DNA of 24,713 nucleotides from an uncultured Planctomycetaceae bacterium (GTDB lineage Bacteria; Planctomycetota; Phycisphaerae; SM23-33): NCBI GenBank assembly GCA_964401385.1, contig CAYNYF010000064.1, positions 1 to 24,713 of the forward strand, read 5' to 3'. Shown piece by piece: positions 24,671 to 24,713 of this stretch (position 1 is its first letter; each line of letters starts with the position of its first letter). The notes under the pieces were generated by a model. It saw only the letters and a program-made list of their open reading frames with translations, ran no database searches and was not told where the DNA came from. The position numbers and the translations under genes were made by a program.

Positions 24671-24713
24671 TATGCTCCGTAGAAAAGCCTCATCTTTCGG
24701 GCCATGAACGTCC

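Overview
This is a very GC-rich (about 68-70%) bacterial window with a clearly mosaic, accessory character. Several lower-GC islands (about 45-55% GC) sit at 3.3-3.9 kb, 4.83-5.0 kb, 5.3-5.6/6.7-6.9 kb, 11.8-12.1 kb and 16.8-18.6 kb. Three gene-content clues suggest a Planctomycetota-like genome: a DUF1559/prepilin-type N-terminal 'GFTLIELLVV' protein, two PEP-CTERM proteins, and a Thi4-type thiazole synthase. This taxonomic call is inference only.

Gene order:
- 1-3055 (minus): two tandem SPFH/flotillin-like genes behind a 2-TM membrane protein with a winged-helix-like tail.
- 3.1-8.2 kb: three copies of a ~250-bp coding-like repeat (R1 truncated, R2, R3) separate two cargo modules.
  - Module A: a low-GC 152-aa possible nuclease, then an XRE regulator plus a 4-TM membrane protein.
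  - Module B: ECF sigma, anti-sigma and a TolB/PD40-like beta-propeller lipoprotein.
- 8.2-9.9 kb: a small Arg-rich lipoprotein and an FG-GAP/VCBS beta-propeller gene. The last 143 bp of the FG-GAP gene recur at 14567-14709.
- 9.9-14.6 kb: the two 143-bp copies bracket a 4.6-kb cluster holding the DUF1559 pilin-like protein, a lipoprotein and two PEP-CTERM proteins.
- 14.7-16.5 kb (minus): a class II (tagatose-type) bisphosphate aldolase and a PfkB sugar kinase.
- 16.9-18.5 kb (minus): a lower-GC operon of an ABC/SMC-like AAA ATPase and a 150-aa partner. This is the best candidate here for an unclassified defence-like system.
- 18.8-19.6 kb (minus): thi4.
- 19.69-20.23 kb: a ~273-bp GC-hairpin-rich tandem duplication between the divergent thi4 and URO-D genes.
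- 20.3-24.5 kb (plus): a URO-D-family protein and a 984-aa secreted protein.
- 24.55-24.67 kb: five iterations of an 'AGACAAAGGGGTCAGG'-like motif at the window edge.

No rRNA, tRNA, CRISPR array, transposase or integrase could be supported. Many long antisense ORFs in the six-frame track are GC-driven artefacts.
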